Positions 1 through 6,602 of a DNA stretch of 10,295 nucleotides are shown here, piece after piece (positions within the stretch are counted from its first letter, which is position 1; the number at the start of each line of letters is the position of its first letter). The notes beneath the pieces were generated by a model that did not search any database, had not been told where the DNA came from, and saw only the letters and a program-made list of their open reading frames with translations. The DNA is from an uncultured Gammaproteobacteria bacterium (GTDB lineage: Bacteria > Patescibacteriota > Patescibacteriia > UBA2591 > UBA6264), in contig CAZDOL010000015.1 in NCBI GenBank assembly GCA_964507075.1, positions 1 to 10,295 of the forward strand, written 5' to 3'. A program made the position numbers and the translations under genes.

Positions 1-1037
1 CAAAATACATCAAAATAACCAATAGCCAAGCTGGAACGATTATTATTTCTAATCCTTTAAATGGAGAAATCATGGCCATGAACAGTTATCCGAGCTATGA
101 TAATAATATATTTATTCAGAACAATGACAAAGAATACAAAAGATTAAGCCAAGATTCATCTAAACCTTTTATTTTTCGCGCTTTAGTTGGAGAATACCCC
201 CCAGGGTCCATTATAAAGCCCTTATTAGCTATAGCTGGACTATCTGAAGGAATTATTACCCATCAAACCAATATTTTTTCTAGCGGTGGCATAAGGATTG
301 GTCAATGGTTTTTTCCTGACTGGAAAGAGGGCGGGCACGGTAATACTGATGTAATCAAAGCTTTAGCTGAGTCAGTGAATACTTTTTTTTACTATTTAGG
401 CGGCGGGTTTAATGATTTTGAGGGTTTGGGCCCTCAAAAAATCAGAGAATATTTATCCGTTTTTGGTTTAACAAAAAAAACTGGCATTGATTTACCGGGA
501 GAAAAAAAAGGATTTATTGCGACTCCTGAATGGAAAAGGGACTATAAAAATGAACCCTGGTATATTGGCGATACCTATCATTTGTCTATTGGGCAGGGAG
601 ATATTTTGGTTACACCTCTTCAGGTTGCTAACTATACTATGGCTTTAGCTAATAATGGCACTCTTTTTGTTCCTCATATAGTAAAGGCTCTCCAAAATCC
701 TGTTGATGGTATAATTAAAAATAAGCCATTACAAATTGTTGATAAGAACTTATTTGATTTAGAGAATTTTGAATTAGTCAGAAAAGGAATGAAACAGGCG
801 GTTGCTACAGGAAGCGCTCGTCAATTAAATGATTTAGGAATTACAGTGGCGGGCAAAACAGGAACTGCGCAGGTTGGAGGAAATAAGCCCCCACATGCTT
901 GGTTTATTGGTTTTGCGCCCTACGAGAATCCAGAAGTAGTTTTAACCATTCTAATAGAAAATGGTGGGGAGGGAAGCGCTGTTGCGGTTCCAGCTGCTAA
1001 AGAAATTCTTTCTTTCCTATTTACCAAAGATAAATAA
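1..1037 (+). CDS. Class B penicillin-binding protein (PBP2/FtsI-type), C-terminal transpeptidase domain. The 5' end is cut by the window edge.
   Basis: The reading frame of the 72..1037 ORF stays open back to base 3 (KYIKITNSQAGTIIISNPLNGEIMAMNSYPSYDNN). This matches the usual region just upstream of the transpeptidase core. All three penicilloyl serine transferase motifs are present: SxxK (GSIIKP), SxN (ESVNTFFY) and KTG (GKTGTAQ). The class B GQG..TPLQ box is also present (SIGQGDILVTPLQ). Confidence 0.85.
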   Translation, partial: KYIKITNSQAGTIIISNPLNGEIMAMNSYPSYDNNIFIQNNDKEYKRLSQDSSKPFIFRALVGEYPPGSIIKPLLAIAGLSEGIITHQTNIFSSGGIRIGQWFFPDWKEGGHGNTDVIKALAESVNTFFYYLGGGFNDFEGLGPQKIREYLSVFGLTKKTGIDLPGEKKGFIATPEWKRDYKNEPWYIGDTYHLSIGQGDILVTPLQVANYTMALANNGTLFVPHIVKALQNPVDGIIKNKPLQIVDKNLFDLENFELVRKGMKQAVATGSARQLNDLGITVAGKTGTAQVGGNKPPHAWFIGFAPYENPEVVLTILIENGGEGSAVAVPAAKEILSFLFTKDK

Positions 1038-1108
1038 AGTGTTAACATATATATTAGTTAAGAGGTCGATATAAGATAAATTAATTAATCTAATTAAGGT
1101 TTATAAAT

Positions 1109-1444
1109 ATGAAAAATAAATCTCCAAAACTAATCTTAGGAATTATTTTATTAGTCATTGCCATTATTGTTTGGTTAACTAATCTTACATCTTACTGGAT
1201 AGCCATAGCCTTGGCTGCTATTGGTTTGATTTTGATTATCTCTCGTTCTTCTGATAATGTTATCAAAGAAGAAACTCCGGTTGTTAAAACCGAAGAACCA
1301 CGCGAAGAAGAGGAAATTGTTGAACCTGTCATGGAAGAAGAAATTCCCGCTACTCCAACAGAAGAAGTTGTTGAACCTATTGAAACGCCAGCACCAGTAG
1401 AAGAGAGCGAAAAAGAAACAGAAGAAGAAGGACAAAATTTTTAG
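1109..1444 (+). CDS. Hypothetical small membrane protein with two predicted TM helices and an acidic Glu/Pro-rich tail
   Basis: ATG start with a weak RBS (TAAGGT, 1095-1100). The N-terminal ~45 aa are hydrophobic (LILGIILLVIAIIVWL, WIAIALAAIGLILII). The C-terminal ~60 aa are E/P/V/T-rich with an internal imperfect repeat (EEIVEPV / EEVVEPI). I recognise no family. Confidence 0.5.
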   Translation: MKNKSPKLILGIILLVIAIIVWLTNLTSYWIAIALAAIGLILIISRSSDNVIKEETPVVKTEEPREEEEIVEPVMEEEIPATPTEEVVEPIETPAPVEESEKETEEEGQNF

Positions 1445-1451
1445 ATAAAGT

Positions 1452-2408
1452 TTATTCCATAATGCTATTAAATAGTTGAGGATAGCCGTTAATGAATTCT
1501 TTTCCTGTAATAATATTTTTCCCAGCTAATTGGATTTCTTTTAGTATTAAAGCATTTTTTCCGCAGGCAACTACGGGAATTTTGCTTTTTAATGCAAATA
1601 TTGTCCCGGGTTGTTTTTTGTGATTTATTTTTAAAATTTCAACTTGAATTATTTTTAATTTTTTTGTGGTTAAAGTTGTATAAGTTCCTGGCCATGGATG
1701 ATAAGCTCTTGTCATCCTTTCAATTTGATTAGCTGACTTAGACCAATCAATTTTTCCATCCTCTTTCTTTATCCTTTTTACAAAAGTTGCTTTTTCATGG
1801 TTTTGTTTTATTAGTTTTATTTTTTTTGCTAAAAATTTTGGCAAAATATCAATCAATAAATCAGCGCTTAAAATAGCTAATTTTACGCTTAATTCAGGAT
1901 AATTTATTTTGGACTCAGAAATTGATATTTTCAATTCTTGCTGGGCTAGAATTGGACCATTATCCATTTTTTCATTCATTGATATTAACGTGGTGCCAGT
2001 TTTTTTGTCTCCATTGAGAATAGTTTGCTGAATAGGAGATGCTCCGCGATATTTGGGAAGTAGAGAAGGATGAACATTGATACATCCATTACGTGGAATA
2101 TTTAAAATTTTTAAGGGCAAAATTAAACCATAAGCCGCCACGATAAATAAATCGGGCTTAAGATTGCCTAATTCTTTGATAATTTGAATATTATTTTTCA
2201 AGGATATTGGTTGAAAAACAGGGATATTCTTTTTTTGGGACAGTTCTTTCGTGCAAGATGGGGTTAATGTTTGCTTTCTTCCGGTTAGTTTATCTGGAGC
2301 AGTTACTACGGCAATTGGACAAAAGGGGCTATTAACTAATTTTTTGAGAATAATAGTGCTAAATTCTGGTGTTCCAAAAAAAATAATTTTGTGTTGTTTA
2401 ATGTTCAT
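1452..2408 (-). CDS. fmt: Methionyl-tRNA formyltransferase
   Basis: The N-terminus KIIFFGTPEFS and the formyltransferase core NVHPSLLPKYRGASPIQQTILNGDKKTGTTLISMNEKMDNGPIL are present, including the catalytic N..H..D pattern. The ORF track starts at 2420, which is a TTG. The first ATG (2408, MNIKQHKIIFFGT) gives the usual Fmt N-terminus, so I prefer it. Confidence 0.9.
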   Translation of the reverse strand: MNIKQHKIIFFGTPEFSTIILKKLVNSPFCPIAVVTAPDKLTGRKQTLTPSCTKELSQKKNIPVFQPISLKNNIQIIKELGNLKPDLFIVAAYGLILPLKILNIPRNGCINVHPSLLPKYRGASPIQQTILNGDKKTGTTLISMNEKMDNGPILAQQELKISISESKINYPELSVKLAILSADLLIDILPKFLAKKIKLIKQNHEKATFVKRIKKEDGKIDWSKSANQIERMTRAYHPWPGTYTTLTTKKLKIIQVEILKINHKKQPGTIFALKSKIPVVACGKNALILKEIQLAGKNIITGKEFINGYPQLFNSIME

Positions 2409-2413
2409 AAAAA

Positions 2414-2442
2414 TTGACAAAACAATAAGATTTTGATATTTT
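2414..2442 (+). promoter_or_regulatory. Candidate sigma70-type promoter for thyX
   Basis: There is a consensus -35 TTGACA at 2414-2419. After a 17-nt spacer there is an extended -10, TGaTATTTT, at 2434-2442, about 50 nt upstream of the thyX ATG. AT-rich DNA produces -10-like hexamers by chance, so this is only a candidate. Confidence 0.4.
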
Positions 2443-2491
2443 TAAAAGCAAAGGTCGGAATTAAACTTAAATTAAGTTAAATATTAATTGA

Positions 2492-3211
2492 ATGAAAGTT
2501 CTAAAAAATGCAGGAGAATTTGTTATTTTAACGCCCAAAACAGAATTACTTGACCAATTATTACGAATTGAGAGAGCAGGACATACTTGTTATCAAACAA
2601 ATAAAGATGTTACCCTAGAAACAGCCCAAAAGTTTTGCAAAATACTTATTTCTCGTGGTCATTATAGTGTTCTTGAACACAGTAATATGTCGGTCAAATT
2701 TTATAATGTTTCGCGTGGTTTTACCCATGAGCAGGTTCGGCATCGTTTGACAGCAATTTCTCAAGAATCTACTCGGTATGTGGATTACGCCAAAAAAGAT
2801 AAGGGACCCGATTTAGAAAGATTTCAGCTTAAATGTATTGTTCCTCCCCATAGAGACGAAAACGAGAAAGTTGAATTGGAAGATGGGAAAAAGATATCTC
2901 TCGTAGAAATGTTTACTGAAATTGAAAAGTTTTATCGTGCTTTGCGTAAAGCAGATTGGTTTCCAGAGGACGCTCGTCAAGTCTTACCAATTGGCATTAA
3001 ATCTGAAATCGTTATTTCAGCAAATTTTAGAGAATGGCGACATATTTTCAAGATGAGAACATCTCAATATGCTCATTGGGAAATTCGTCAAGTAATGGGT
3101 AATTTACTTCAAGAAATACAATTAATTATTCCAGTCATTTTTGATGATTTTGTTGAATCTGGAGTAGACGGAAATGGATTACGCTATTTCGATCAAGTTA
3201 CCAGTGCTTAG
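2492..3211 (+). CDS. thyX: Flavin-dependent thymidylate synthase ThyX
   Basis: The ThyX signature RHRx7S is present as RHRLTAISQESTRY. The flanking context (HYSVLEH, REWRHIFKMR) and the ~240 aa length are also typical. Confidence 0.9.
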   Translation: MKVLKNAGEFVILTPKTELLDQLLRIERAGHTCYQTNKDVTLETAQKFCKILISRGHYSVLEHSNMSVKFYNVSRGFTHEQVRHRLTAISQESTRYVDYAKKDKGPDLERFQLKCIVPPHRDENEKVELEDGKKISLVEMFTEIEKFYRALRKADWFPEDARQVLPIGIKSEIVISANFREWRHIFKMRTSQYAHWEIRQVMGNLLQEIQLIIPVIFDDFVESGVDGNGLRYFDQVTSA

Positions 3212-3222
3212 TGACTAAAATT

Positions 3223-3666
3223 TTATTTATCCATTTTCCATTTGATATCTTTCTCTTCTCCAACAAATTCATGCCATTCTCCATCCTCATCAACCACAAA
3301 CCATTTCTTTTTGGCTTGACTCCATATCATAGGATTTCCTGCGTAGAATGGCTTTTTAACGATTTCTTTGGGCTTTAGGCTGTCTATCTCTAACCATTTC
3401 TTAAAAATTGTTTCAATAGAATAATCAAGATTTCTGGATTTTGCCCATTCCGAAACTTTATCAATTGCTTTTTGGGCTTTTTGGACAGACCCGGCTAGTT
3501 CTAAGAGTTGCTTGGCTGGACGAGTAAATCGAGAATAAATTATTTTTCTTTTTTTAGCGTCATTTTTGATTTTTTGCAAAGACAACCCTTTACTATAAAA
3601 ATAGTGATTAACAATTTGTTGAATTTCTGTTTCTTTCTCTTCTTTTTTCTTTTTGTCTTTGATCAT
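3223..3666 (-). CDS. Hypothetical Lys-rich protein of 147 aa, family unknown
   Basis: Clean ATG-initiated ORF with a very basic N-terminus (MIKDKKKKEEKE). The C-terminus is Trp-rich (KKWFVVDEDGEWHEFVGEEKDIKWK). It converges on thyX with an 11-nt gap and is divergent from the RuBisCO operon. I recognise no motif. Confidence 0.55.
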   Translation of the reverse strand: MIKDKKKKEEKETEIQQIVNHYFYSKGLSLQKIKNDAKKRKIIYSRFTRPAKQLLELAGSVQKAQKAIDKVSEWAKSRNLDYSIETIFKKWLEIDSLKPKEIVKKPFYAGNPMIWSQAKKKWFVVDEDGEWHEFVGEEKDIKWKMDK

Positions 3667-3672
3667 AGTTAT

Positions 3673-3701
3673 ATTCTAACAGGTTTAATTTTTTTATCCA
3701 A
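3673..3701 (-). promoter_or_regulatory. Candidate promoter for the 3223..3666 gene, with spacing that implies a leaderless mRNA
   Basis: Read on the minus strand, there is a -35 TTGGAT (3701-3696), a 17-nt spacer, and an extended -10 TGtTAGAAT (TG at 3681-3680, hexamer 3678-3673). Only 6 nt (ATAACT) separate the -10 from the ATG at 3666, and there is no SD. Confidence 0.35.
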
Positions 3702-3839
3702 CCCCCACACTATAACAGCAATACATTTCTAATGCGCACCATCCTTTAATAGCTTAATCTATTTGTTGCAAAAAATTGACTTTATTTTAAATGAATTTAG
3801 AAATGCAAGAAAGCGTTATTGCTGTTTAGTGTGGGGGTT
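3700..3839. repeat. Long-range imperfect inverted repeat (~140 bp element) in the divergent intergenic region
   Basis: The outer arms are 3700-3723 (AACCCCCACACTATAACAGCAATA) and 3817-3839 (TATTGCTGTTTAGTGTGGGGGTT). They are complementary over 23 positions with one bulged T. The inner arms 3724-3732 (CATTTCTAA) and 3797-3805 (TTAGAAATG) match 9/9. An 11-nt asymmetric loop (3806-3816) separates the two right-hand arms, and the centre is 64 nt. A T-run (3838-3850) follows on the plus strand. Confidence 0.75.
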
Positions 3840-3867
3840 TGTTTTTTTTTGAAAAAAGTGATAATAT
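3839..3867 (+). promoter_or_regulatory. Candidate promoter for the RuBisCO operon, with spacing that implies a leaderless mRNA
   Basis: There is a -35 TTGTTT at 3839-3844, a 17-nt spacer, and an extended -10 TGaTAATAT (TG 3859-3860, hexamer 3862-3867). Exactly 6 nt (TAAGAT) separate it from the ATG at 3874, with no SD. This mirrors the minus-strand promoter on the other side of the inverted repeat. Confidence 0.35.
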
Positions 3868-3873
3868 TAAGAT

Positions 3874-4797
3874 ATGAATATTATGTTAAAACAAACATTT
3901 CAAGACATTAAATCATTAAAAATTCAAGGAGCAACTGATGTGGCCATTGAAATAATTAAAGTTTTGGCAGATTATAGCGACACCATTAAAACCAAAGAAT
4001 TATCTGTTATGAAGAAAAAGCTTAAAATAGGAGCTGATTTTTTATTATCAGCTCGGCCGACTGAACCAATGGCTCAGAATGGGGTTAAATTTATTTTTTC
4101 CCAATTAAATAAAAGTAGACCCAAAAGTGTGATTCATGCTAAAGATTGTATTCAAAAAGCGAGTAATGATTTTTTAATGGCGATGTTAGATGCCGGTGAT
4201 TTAGTTATTAATCATGGGGAAAAATTAGTTAAAAACAATGATGACATTTTAACCCATTGCCACTCTTGGTTGGTAGAACAAATTTTAATTAAAGCTAAAG
4301 AGAATAAAAAGAAATTTAAGGTTTACAATACTGAGACAAGACCACTTTTTCAAGGAAGAATGACCTCTAAAATATTATTAAAGGCGAATATACCAACAAC
4401 TATGATTGGTGATTCTTCGGCTGGTTTTTTGATTTCTCATTATTCTGGCAGAAATTTGATGATGGATAAAATTATTTTAGGAGCAGATGCTATTTTGTCA
4501 GATGGGTCAGTTATTAATAAAATAGGAAGTTTTTCTATAGGAGTTGTAGGTAAAGAAGAAAAAGTTCCTCTATATATTGCTAGCACTTTATTGAAATTTC
4601 ATAGTAAATCTTGGATTAAAATAGAAAAACGTTCTCCAAAAGAATTGTGGAAAAATGCGCCCAAAGGTTTAAAAATTATTAATTTTGCTTTTGACCTAAT
4701 CCCAGCTAAATATATTGCTGGTATTATTTGCGAAGAGGGGATTGTTAGGCCTCGGGATATAAAAATGGCAGTTAAAAGAAATTATGATTTTTTATGA
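3874..4797 (+). CDS. e2b2: eIF-2B alpha/beta/delta-family sugar-phosphate isomerase, most likely ribose-1,5-bisphosphate isomerase (E2b2 type)
   Basis: Family hallmarks are ILTHCHS (catalytic Cys region), TETRPLFQGR, and ILGADAILSDGSVINKIGS (catalytic Asp in GADA). The 307 aa length is short, like the archaeal R15P isomerases and unlike the ~350 aa MtnA. It sits in the same operon as a RuBisCO large subunit. Confidence 0.8.
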   Translation: MNIMLKQTFQDIKSLKIQGATDVAIEIIKVLADYSDTIKTKELSVMKKKLKIGADFLLSARPTEPMAQNGVKFIFSQLNKSRPKSVIHAKDCIQKASNDFLMAMLDAGDLVINHGEKLVKNNDDILTHCHSWLVEQILIKAKENKKKFKVYNTETRPLFQGRMTSKILLKANIPTTMIGDSSAGFLISHYSGRNLMMDKIILGADAILSDGSVINKIGSFSIGVVGKEEKVPLYIASTLLKFHSKSWIKIEKRSPKELWKNAPKGLKIINFAFDLIPAKYIAGIICEEGIVRPRDIKMAVKRNYDFL

Positions 4798-5279
4798 TTT
4801 TAAATGATAGGGAAAAATTAAAAAAAATCATCCAAAAGGCTCAAAAGCAAGGTAAAAAAGTTTTGATAAAAAAGGGAGTTTTTGATATTATCCATCCCGG
4901 ACATATTTACGCTTTAAGCCAGTTCAAAAAATACGCAGATATCGTTGTAATATTTGTTCAGTCTGATATCCTAACCAGAAAGGAAAAGGGTTATCAAAGG
5001 CCAATCAACAGCCAAAAACACAGGGCAGAAGTATTAGATGGCCTCAAAGACATTGATTATATTTATTTAGATAAATCAAAATCAAGGGAAGAGTGTTTAT
5101 CTCTCTTAGAACACTTGAGACCAAATTTAATTGCTATTATTAGATATGACCAGGAAAAAACAAAAAGATACGATCGTCCTTATTGGGAATTAAAAGAATT
5201 TTTTGATAAAAAAAAGAAAAATTTTTCTACTAGCTTAATTATTAAAAAGATAATTGAAAAATATGAAAGAAAAAAATAG
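4794..5279 (+). CDS. Cytidylyltransferase-fold (HxGH) nucleotidyltransferase, similar to RfaE domain II / HldC / RibL / TagD
   Basis: The nucleotide-binding motif is GVFDIIHPGH. Downstream comes SDILTRKEKGYQRPINSQKHRAEVLDGLKDIDYIY, which follows the pattern (N/S)D..v...KG..RPi....R.evl..l..VD of RfaE-II/RibL-type enzymes. There is also a C-terminal FSTSLIIKKI element (ISST-like). The ATG overlaps the upstream TGA (ATGA at 4794-4797). Confidence 0.7.
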   Translation: MILNDREKLKKIIQKAQKQGKKVLIKKGVFDIIHPGHIYALSQFKKYADIVVIFVQSDILTRKEKGYQRPINSQKHRAEVLDGLKDIDYIYLDKSKSREECLSLLEHLRPNLIAIIRYDQEKTKRYDRPYWELKEFFDKKKKNFSTSLIIKKIIEKYERKK

Positions 5280-6528
5280 TTATTTAAAATTAAAGCACAA
5301 ACCAAACTACGACAATGAAATTATTGCCACTTTTTATGGAGAGTCAAAAACATCTTTGAAGGAACTAGCGCAACAGGTTGCTGGAGAATCATCTATTGGA
5401 ACATGGACTAAATTAACAACTTTATCAAATAAAATTTTTGAAAAATTAGCAGCAAGAATTTTTTACTTGAATAAAAAAACAGGAATTTTTAAGATTGCTT
5501 ATCCATTAAGTTTATTTGAGCCAAAAAGCATTCCTCAACTTTTATCCAGTATTGGTGGCAATATATTTAGCATGAAGGCTGTAAAGAATTTACGCTTAAA
5601 AGACATTGAATTTCCAAAAAAATATATTAACCAATTTGATGGTCCAAGGTGGGGGATTGAAGGAATAAGAAATATTCTAAAAATTCATAATAGGCCCATA
5701 ATTGGTTGTATTATGAAGCCAAAATTAGGATTAACCTCTACACAAAATGCTAATTTAGCAGCTAAAATTTTCCAAAACGGTATTGATCTAATAAAAGACG
5801 ATGAAAATTTAACGAGTTTAACTTTTAATAAGTTTGAAGATAGAGTAAAAAAGGTTTTGTTTTTAAAGAAAAAAGTAGAAAAAGAAACAGGTCAGAAGAA
5901 AGTTTATGTCTTTAATGTAACAGCTCCTGTTAGTATTATGATTAAAAGAGCTAAATTAGTTAAAAAATTAGGTGGCAGATGTATTATGATTGATATTATT
6001 AGCGCTGGCTGGGCCGCAGTACAAGAATTAAGAAACCAAAACTTAGATTTAATTATTCATGGGCACAGAGCAGGCCATTCAACATTTACAAGAAACAAAA
6101 GACATGGCATTTCTATGTTGGTATTGGCTAATTTATCCCGTTTAGCGGGAGTAGACCAATTCCATACTGGAACTGTAGTAGGAAAGATGGAAGGAACGGC
6201 CGAAGAGGTTTGTAAAATAAATGATTTATTAAAAGAAGATTGGAGAGAATTTGATAAATTACGTGAAAATTGGGGGTTAATTAAACCAGTTTTACCAATT
6301 GCCTCTGGTGGTCTGCACCCGGGTTTAGTGTCAAAATTGATTGAAATATTAGGAGAAAATTTAGTTATTAATTTTGGTGGAGGATTACATGGTCATCCTC
6401 AAGGAAGTATAGCTGGAGCTCAAGCAGCAGTACAATCAGTAGAGGCGGCTACTCAGGGCATACCCCTTAAAATCTACGCTCGCAACCATAAAGAATTAAA
6501 AGCAGCATTAGAATATTGGAAATCCTGA
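5263..6528 (+). CDS. rbcL: Ribulose-1,5-bisphosphate carboxylase/oxygenase large subunit, form III-type (III or II/III)
   Basis: All the catalytic motifs I can check are intact:
- GESSIGTWT
- GGNIF
- GCIMKPKLGL
- DLIKDDENL (carbamylated Lys plus Asp/Glu)
- IHGHRAGHS
- FHTGTVVGKMEG
- ASGGLHPG
- NFGGGLHGHPQG

No small-subunit gene is adjacent. The ORF track starts at a TTG at 5254, and I prefer the ATG at 5263 (MKEKNSYL). Either start overlaps the upstream gene, which ends at 5279. Confidence 0.9.
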   Translation: MKEKNSYLKLKHKPNYDNEIIATFYGESKTSLKELAQQVAGESSIGTWTKLTTLSNKIFEKLAARIFYLNKKTGIFKIAYPLSLFEPKSIPQLLSSIGGNIFSMKAVKNLRLKDIEFPKKYINQFDGPRWGIEGIRNILKIHNRPIIGCIMKPKLGLTSTQNANLAAKIFQNGIDLIKDDENLTSLTFNKFEDRVKKVLFLKKKVEKETGQKKVYVFNVTAPVSIMIKRAKLVKKLGGRCIMIDIISAGWAAVQELRNQNLDLIIHGHRAGHSTFTRNKRHGISMLVLANLSRLAGVDQFHTGTVVGKMEGTAEEVCKINDLLKEDWREFDKLRENWGLIKPVLPIASGGLHPGLVSKLIEILGENLVINFGGGLHGHPQGSIAGAQAAVQSVEAATQGIPLKIYARNHKELKAALEYWKS

Positions 6529-6566
6529 GTTATCCACAGATATTGATTTGACTTAATATATTTATC

Positions 6567-6584
6567 GTGTTAGTGTATTAACAC
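6567..6584. promoter_or_regulatory. Small palindrome upstream of the TrpR-like gene, a possible operator
   Basis: The palindrome is GTGTTA-N6-TAACAC (6567-6572 / 6579-6584). It overlaps a weak candidate promoter (TTGACT 6548-6553, 17 nt, TAGTGT 6571-6576). It is short and in AT-rich DNA, so chance cannot be excluded. Confidence 0.2.
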
Positions 6585-6602
6585 AATAACATATTTAATT
6601 TT

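Noticed and set aside
1175-1435. 86-aa minus-strand ORF antisense to the acidic-tail gene
   Set aside because: It is a shadow ORF. Its Phe-rich, low-complexity sequence is simply the reverse complement of the GAA/GAG-rich tail, and it has no start context or independent support.
2251-2436. 61-aa plus-strand ORF inside fmt
   Set aside because: It lies wholly antisense to a well-supported fmt gene and has no recognisable motif.
3508-3732. 74-aa plus-strand ORF running from inside the 3223..3666 gene into the inverted repeat
   Set aside because: It lies antisense to the Lys-rich gene, so its Phe/Leu-rich composition mirrors AAA/AAG codons. It has no RBS and appears to be a shadow ORF.
3791-3829. 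12-codon mini-ORF (MNLEMQESVIAV*) inside the inverted repeat, preceded by TTGACT at 3776-3781, as a possible leader peptide
   Set aside because: It has no RBS. The matching -10 (TAGAAA/AGAAAT) is weak, and a tiny ORF like this is expected by chance. I keep it only as a note under the inverted-repeat finding.
5263-6528. Alternative call as a form IV RuBisCO-like protein (methionine salvage or similar)
   Set aside because: The carbamylation and metal site (KDDE), KPKLG, HRAGH, SGG and GGG.HGHP motifs are all intact, whereas form IV proteins typically lose several of these. The eIF-2B-type partner is short, like R15P isomerases.
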